Virus record (IMG/VR): IMGVR_UViG_3300014205_000188 | Location: 40,079 to 104,078 of that record | Source: a virus | Taxonomy: Duplodnaviria > Caudoviricetes | Direction: 5' to 3' (one strand) | Length of the DNA: 64,000 bases | Part shown: one piece after another, positions 59,601-64,000 of the stretch | Layout: each line of letters opens with the position of its first letter | How positions within the stretch are numbered: the stretch's first letter is position 1 | Notes under the pieces: model-generated | What the model saw: the letters and a program-made list of their open reading frames with translations, nothing else | What the model was told of the DNA's origin: nothing | Database searches by the model: none | Position numbers and translations under genes: made by a program

Positions 59601-62003
59601 CGAATCTTCGTGGTTGGACCGACTTTGGAGGACGAGTACCCTATCCTAGTCAAGACTGACGGTTTGGTGATTGAATCCGCGGCTAAGACAGGTGGGGCCT
59701 TAAATTTGATTGAGATCTGCTGGGGTTCAGATGTGGCACCATCTGCACGAGAAGCTCTCTTGGATTTGAATGGGCACTCGAACATTACGATCCGTAACGT
59801 GTCTTTCCGTTATCTCTGGGATATGGTCACACCCGTGCCACCAGTTAGTATGGATTTGGATGGTGCTTTCGTAGTTCGTGCCAGTGGCACTCTTTGTGAG
59901 AACATTGTCATTGACAACTGTAGAGTCATGGGTCGAACTGATGGTCTGATCACAGCCTCTCAAGCGACTTATCTCAAACAGTGGCAAGTGACAAGGAATG
60001 CTGGTCAGTCCATGATCTCCTCCGGTATTTCGGTGATTTCTCCTGCTCACATTCAAAAGGCTACGATTACAGACAACGTTTTTTGGGCCTCCAGCTCGAC
60101 GGATGCTTTTGCCGTGGGTGCGACGGGTAGTGGTATCTCTTTGATTGATGGTATGGCCACTCCCTACAATAGAGACGTGTTGATTGCCTACAATGACATT
60201 TCTCGTTTCAGAGTGGGGATTCATTTTGTAGGTAGCGGGGCGGCAGCTGCCGACTTTGGTAATCAAGGTCAAGTAGCCATTTTGCACAACAAAGTGCAAC
60301 TCTCTCGTAATGAAGGCATCTCTGTTGAGGGGAAGGCCTCCACCGTGTCTTTCAACAATCTATACAATGTTTTCAGAGACGTTCCCGCTGTTCCTGCGAC
60401 CACGTGGTCGCAGGGGTTGTACGTAGAGCACACTGGAAATGAGTCCTTACATACGACCGAGGTACAAGGCAACTCCGTCGTGATGGCCGCTACTTGGCTA
60501 CCCGGTGTAGGGGTGAAGGGTGCCGCTATCCATGTGCGAAGTGCTGGCGGCATTAATTTAAGTGGGCGTTTCCTGGTACGAGGAAATGATGCCTGGAGTT
60601 TGGCGGACCCCATCATCAACTATTCGGAGGCCCCCTGTGTTTTGGAGGGTCATGACTCTGTGCTGGAGGCCAGCACCGGCCATTGGATAATCTGGGGCAC
60701 GAATGTCAAGGTGCGGAATAACACTTTGGCCATGCTGGATGTGAACTTTGACCCCTACCGTTGGTTCACAACTGCTCCAGCCTCCATGTTCTATTCGGCC
60801 ACTTTGCTTGCCAATCACGTGGTGATTGACAATGTCGTGTTGCAAACCAATGGCACTTACGGTCGAGTTGTACTTTGTGAGCACACCCTGGTGCAGGGGA
60901 ATCATTTCCTCGTTGGTGTTGACCCCCTAGACCTTGGGGCTGATACCCACGGCTATGGGTGTTACGTGAGTGACTTCTGTACCCTAGTGGGCAACAACAT
61001 TCACCACTTGAAGAATCGCTCCAGTTGGCCCGACTTAGTCAACCCCGCTTATGCCACCAATATGACGGTGGCCGATAACACGATCTACTATATGGGGGAG
61101 AGTGGGGGGGGTGTCGTGGACGGCGACATGTCGGGTAGTCACAACAGGTGGAGAGGTAACACTTTTCTCCGTTCACCCGTGTATCTCGAGGGAGATGTTG
61201 TCCTCTTTGAGGGCAATCAGTTCTCCCCCGGAACTTCAGGTGGGTACATCTCTTTTAATGGGGATCAGTTAGTGGTTGCAAACAATCAACTGATTCCTGA
61301 CTTGTCCATAGTAGGTCTCACAGTGACGGCCACTAGATCAACGGTCACGGGTAATGCGGCAAAGGATGGGAAAAACGGGTTGGATGTAAATCCCTCCTCT
61401 CTGACCGTTTCAGGCTATACGAACACAGTAACTGGGAACAATTTTTCTGTCTCTTACCTCACGGGAACAGACTTCACGGCCACCGGAAATGTCATGACCC
61501 ATGAAGATCATGTGGGGGAACTTGTTGCTGATGTTGCACAAAGTACCTTGACGGGTAACACCGCCAATACCCTGACCCTAGATGGCAATGAAAACACAAT
61601 CGGTAACAACACGGTTGGTTATGTGGGAACACCACAAGCTCTTTCTGTGACTGGCACAGCCAACACCATACAGGGGAATAGAGTGCTAGGTAACTTGTAT
61701 GTGAAGCCCGGAAAGTCGGGGGATGTCATCGTTATGGGCAACAGAGTTCAGACCGCCTCGGCGGGTTATGGCAACTTGAGGGTTGCTTTTGATGGTGCCG
61801 GGAACGTGTGCAATGCTCTTGTGGTTGGGAACTGGGTGGGGGAAGATATCCAGTTCTGGGACTTGGGAGTCCCAGGGCCCACAGCCCCCCCAGTTACATC
61901 CCATTTCATCTGTCAGGGTAATCGTGCCGTCAACATTTTTGGTACTGCGACGGCTGCAACCCAGTACCCCTCAGTACTCCCCTCTGACGACAATATCAAC
62001 TAA
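56637..62003 (+). CDS. Tailspike-like protein with C-terminal right-handed parallel beta-helix
   Basis: From about 59520: capping helix FSRLSDAI, then NITIRNVSF, NIVIDNC and many GN/NN Asn-ladder repeats to the C-terminus. Confidence 0.75.
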   Translation: MAINSLKVWQDPLTRLTTVPASKVLEAAEVIRGLAGSWAASYVFEPGLRTENWNTDNRSPNPQQIKTSRLGQPGFPEINFAPYAYGTNRQGNKGGSLLGHPISFDVVGPTLKTLGADVYWEVLDNVLVPDGDLLTLQGGTSLDDVYALGALTRYPGGLYVVFSQTATPGVFTGGGGIGDGALAVLSNDAMVPKTEASKFEIFRVVDLGVDSIRLDPTKRLMEYFDFPSTPLATIKAIMLIQPRATRLVAVPEPGAVRGQEKTFALVPPARALNTDELYPYYLWSDALGWTEYWLKDPGGSPLNMGTGREFEYRNAPSLPLVRPKGRSSFYLDNGAAVPNASWMNLLDVDVHATTGDILHVVDLQIAGTPTLASTGLGRGVGPEALLGWFEVMQQGGGRTYVRRMGEVNPETGVTFAGSRQALQASDASATEHFKLICTVHDPIRALWSSDRGLDMDALNSSRLTNIIDPSWVAPSTKMLQSVAGTSPSRADRAVFDTRGTGAAGGNANPGSLMDLGFRVVLFPAMAGVEDDPAGGPPINITIPDWSRPITSNEVILDPSKRNESQYITVDYSSGVVQLSHTPQVGSDVWPTSYGDDNPRGELVLFACCVPYTREEGQLGASLRITGSTANPSDIVPGLAGGSPDQCDVYSSRTYHDLDVIVPQTLAAAVTGSLFDICLTGYVGDQIPQSGLVEILQGSYPDGTPTLVGTVGGVNGRGSVFGYDGLVETTLGGRPVTYLKNCYGGGDLLSSFTVNTSNPAVAVWRREFQTPQLDGSLGVDYQYDTTYGAAKRTKTLRLEYSRPKVNNDGSVSVLMQDPVTASHSELFDDLFRSWLLSGGLVGSATSEDAGFVYFPVSSAVVLKDGVRQSVPASSLAIPTVAGPYYVKYTGAGALAAVTLASETALPLTSPEDVLLALIELVSTGPAVYTITDLRNPLSDIDQRVDLYVGLKGRGGEWDTYRPHFSRLSDAIHFANEMGDPTAGLGVQQTRIFVVGPTLEDEYPILVKTDGLVIESAAKTGGALNLIEICWGSDVAPSAREALLDLNGHSNITIRNVSFRYLWDMVTPVPPVSMDLDGAFVVRASGTLCENIVIDNCRVMGRTDGLITASQATYLKQWQVTRNAGQSMISSGISVISPAHIQKATITDNVFWASSSTDAFAVGATGSGISLIDGMATPYNRDVLIAYNDISRFRVGIHFVGSGAAAADFGNQGQVAILHNKVQLSRNEGISVEGKASTVSFNNLYNVFRDVPAVPATTWSQGLYVEHTGNESLHTTEVQGNSVVMAATWLPGVGVKGAAIHVRSAGGINLSGRFLVRGNDAWSLADPIINYSEAPCVLEGHDSVLEASTGHWIIWGTNVKVRNNTLAMLDVNFDPYRWFTTAPASMFYSATLLANHVVIDNVVLQTNGTYGRVVLCEHTLVQGNHFLVGVDPLDLGADTHGYGCYVSDFCTLVGNNIHHLKNRSSWPDLVNPAYATNMTVADNTIYYMGESGGGVVDGDMSGSHNRWRGNTFLRSPVYLEGDVVLFEGNQFSPGTSGGYISFNGDQLVVANNQLIPDLSIVGLTVTATRSTVTGNAAKDGKNGLDVNPSSLTVSGYTNTVTGNNFSVSYLTGTDFTATGNVMTHEDHVGELVADVAQSTLTGNTANTLTLDGNENTIGNNTVGYVGTPQALSVTGTANTIQGNRVLGNLYVKPGKSGDVIVMGNRVQTASAGYGNLRVAFDGAGNVCNALVVGNWVGEDIQFWDLGVPGPTAPPVTSHFICQGNRAVNIFGTATAATQYPSVLPSDDNIN

Positions 62004-62013
62004 GAGGTGACAG

Positions 62014-62811
62014 ATGCGGGCACTTGTTGACCTTAGTAGTCTTGTTCAAGGACTCCCCGTGATCACACAGGTGGAGCAAACCCCAGCAGCTGGTCTACCT
62101 ACTGCGATCAATGGGAAATTCCTCGTACCCCTCGTTGATGGTGCAGATTTCCCCATCGACACAACATCATACCTGTTGGACGGGGGGGGTGACGTAGATG
62201 GAGGAGACATCTCCAGTATTTCCTTTGCCCACCTGTTGGCTCAACATCCTCAGTTTGGCCATGTCTATTTCAACCCCTTGTTAACAGCCGCACAAGTTGC
62301 TGAACTGGATTTGGTTTTCCCCTACCGGGACCCCACTGACCCCACATCCATTCTAACACCACGATTGCAGACAGGCAGGGGTGTTGGAGGAACTACGGGT
62401 CAGATGCCCACACATACCGCTTTGCTTGCCGTAAATGCCTCCGTCACACCACCACGTCCTGGTTTGATTGTCAGTGAAGAAATCGACATTGGTCCCATGA
62501 CCTCAAATGTAGGTGCTGATGAGTTCATGGTGTACTGGAAATTGTTGAACTTCTACGTGAGTCAGGACGTGCACTCCGACTATGGAGGCACAGCTGGTTT
62601 GAATACCCCGGCTATGCGTTACGTGTATGAAACGGATCAAGAGCCCCTAGGGTTTTCCGTCTATATCACCACGGACAATGGAGATCACTGGAGTGAGGTG
62701 GGCCTGTTGGAGACCATTGCTTTTTGTGACAAGACAACCAAGTTCAGGGTTGCCTTCCGCAATGACTCGACCAGCAAGGTCTATCTGGCAAACTTCGCCG
62801 TTCTTTTCTAA
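62014..62811 (+). CDS. Hypothetical structural protein
   Basis: 265 aa, GAGGTG upstream, Asp-box-like YITTDNGDHW. Confidence 0.75.
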   Translation: MRALVDLSSLVQGLPVITQVEQTPAAGLPTAINGKFLVPLVDGADFPIDTTSYLLDGGGDVDGGDISSISFAHLLAQHPQFGHVYFNPLLTAAQVAELDLVFPYRDPTDPTSILTPRLQTGRGVGGTTGQMPTHTALLAVNASVTPPRPGLIVSEEIDIGPMTSNVGADEFMVYWKLLNFYVSQDVHSDYGGTAGLNTPAMRYVYETDQEPLGFSVYITTDNGDHWSEVGLLETIAFCDKTTKFRVAFRNDSTSKVYLANFAVLF

Positions 62812-62855
62812 GAGCGGTATGGTGACTTCCGTACTATGGCACCAGAGGGGCTGAG

Positions 62856-64000
62856 ATGGCTCTCGACTTCGGACCCGGCGTTTCTAGGACCCTCGATGCA
62901 GCCTCCCGTCAGTTTGGGGGGCTCATTTGGAAGAAGTCTTCACCCCCACTAGACAGTGAGATGAATCTCATGTCCCAGGTGGCATGGGAATCTCTCGGTC
63001 AAACGGTGCGGACTATGTTGCCCTCTGGGTTTTTCATGGACCCCACCAGGGCGGCTCAAGATTTTCAAATGGACCCAAACTGGTCCAACATGTTCAAGGT
63101 AGGAGCCCCACGGGTTCCCTTTGGTGTTGGTGAGGGGGCAGAACAGAGTCCCATCATGTGGGTGAATGTGAATGGCTGGATCCTCCCCCTGGCGGGAACG
63201 GACTCAGCTGACGGTCTTGAAAACGTTGTCAAGCTGTATCCACCTCCTGAAAGCGACTCCCGGATCGATTTCCTTTTTCTGGAAGTCTGGATGACCCGGG
63301 TGAATGCCAATCCCTCCACCGTGAATAAGCCCAGTGCCTCAACCATTTGGAAGTACGGTAACGTCAAGTTTGGGGGCGTCAACCTGCCGGACGACATGTT
63401 GGACCCCACGATCAAACGGGGTACGTCGTCTAGGGTGCAGCTCCAGTACCGTTTGCGGGTTCATGGTCAGGGCACTGGGCTCGGGGCCTCAGTGGCCCTT
63501 GACGTGTATCCTGAGGGCCTCGACGATCCCCACGTTCTGGGGCAAGGTACGGCCGCAAACCCTGTAGCGGCCGTCACCTTCACTAACATGAGAGAGGCCC
63601 TTGGGGACGTTGGACTGTGGCGAGCGGGTGACGGCAACCCCAACAATGCACTTGGGACTGTAGATGGGTACACCTACGCTGTTCCCATTGCCGCTGTGTT
63701 TCGTCGCGCATCCAATGTCTATGTCGCCGTGAACCAAGCGGGTAACCCCAATCACAATGGGGCCTTCTGTCGGACCCCTAGCACCAAACTCCTGGCCAAC
63801 CCCTTGACGGGTGCCAGGGCCTTGACTACAGCAACGCTTACCTCAGACCTGGCTTTTGATGACGGGGCAGACCCATTGGGAGCCAGCTACAGTTTGGCTC
63901 TGACCGATCTGAATGGGTCGGGGTTGGAGGATAGTCACGTTCTATCCAGCCTGTTCCTGGTGCTGGATGATGAGATCATTGGGATCAGTGCCAAAAACAT
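62856..64000 (+). CDS. Paralog of 49483-52983 (DUF6519-like N-terminus), truncated by the window edge
   Basis: Absent from the ORF track. Translated by hand: MALDFGPGVSRTLD...PLDSEMN...PSGF...DFLFLEVW...YGNV...LPDDMLDP...RVQLQYRLR...GLWRAGDG...GTVDGYTYAVP, open to the end. Confidence 0.85.
   Translation, partial: MALDFGPGVSRTLDAASRQFGGLIWKKSSPPLDSEMNLMSQVAWESLGQTVRTMLPSGFFMDPTRAAQDFQMDPNWSNMFKVGAPRVPFGVGEGAEQSPIMWVNVNGWILPLAGTDSADGLENVVKLYPPPESDSRIDFLFLEVWMTRVNANPSTVNKPSASTIWKYGNVKFGGVNLPDDMLDPTIKRGTSSRVQLQYRLRVHGQGTGLGASVALDVYPEGLDDPHVLGQGTAANPVAAVTFTNMREALGDVGLWRAGDGNPNNALGTVDGYTYAVPIAAVFRRASNVYVAVNQAGNPNHNGAFCRTPSTKLLANPLTGARALTTATLTSDLAFDDGADPLGASYSLALTDLNGSGLEDSHVLSSLFLVLDDEIIGISAKN

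Noticed and set aside
61104-62189. G8 homopolymers (61104-61111, 62182-62189) as phase-variation tracts
   Set aside because: They are short, encode Gly runs in intact frames, and G-runs are common in this G-rich strand.
6585-64000. Interpretation as a bacterial extracellular contractile injection system or tailocin
   Set aside because: No Afp15-like AAA+ ATPase, Afp16/DUF4255 cap, lysis cassette or flanking host genes were seen, and the left arm looks like phage accessory DNA. It cannot be formally excluded without the rest of the contig.
1-64000. Numerous antisense or nested ORFs of 60-260 aa
   Set aside because: They are shadows of long GC-rich genes, lacking ribosome-binding sites or recognisable motifs.
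1-64000. Genome-wide stop-codon reassignment, CRISPR array, tRNA, intron/intein, DGR repeats
   Set aside because: The standard code gives near-complete coding density with TAA, TAG and TGA all ending genes. No spaced repeats, cloverleafs, splicing motifs, reverse transcriptase or near-identical repeat pairs were noticed by eye.

Overview
No host housekeeping genes are visible. The window reads as part of a very large (jumbo-type) contractile-tailed phage genome using the standard genetic code. Left arm (1-6013, minus strand): small accessory genes, including secreted/membrane proteins (one SHOCT-like), a tandem paralog pair, a DUF6745-like protein with its His-rich partner, and a probable ribbon-helix-helix regulator at the divergence point. 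From 6091 to the window end is one co-oriented, largely translationally coupled tail/baseplate module of more than 57 kb. Its order is: tail tube, two chaperone-like genes, tape measure, two tube-fold initiator paralogs, a 1734-aa hub with an inserted Zn-amidase, an OB-fold spike, about 16 kb of uncharacterised genes (including a 3742-aa protein), gp25-like, baseplate J-like and gpI-like wedge proteins, fibre-attachment proteins, a beta-helix tailspike, and a truncated last gene absent from the ORF track. No sheath, capsid, tRNA, CRISPR or mobile element was recognised. The most notable signals are a bipartite CG(G/T)T-N8-TAT motif in four intergenic gaps (candidate phage-specific late promoter), the amidase inserted inside the hub, the large spike-to-gp25 expansion, and small domains re-used across several giant baseplate proteins. 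All product calls come from motif recognition by eye and gene order; no database searches were run.
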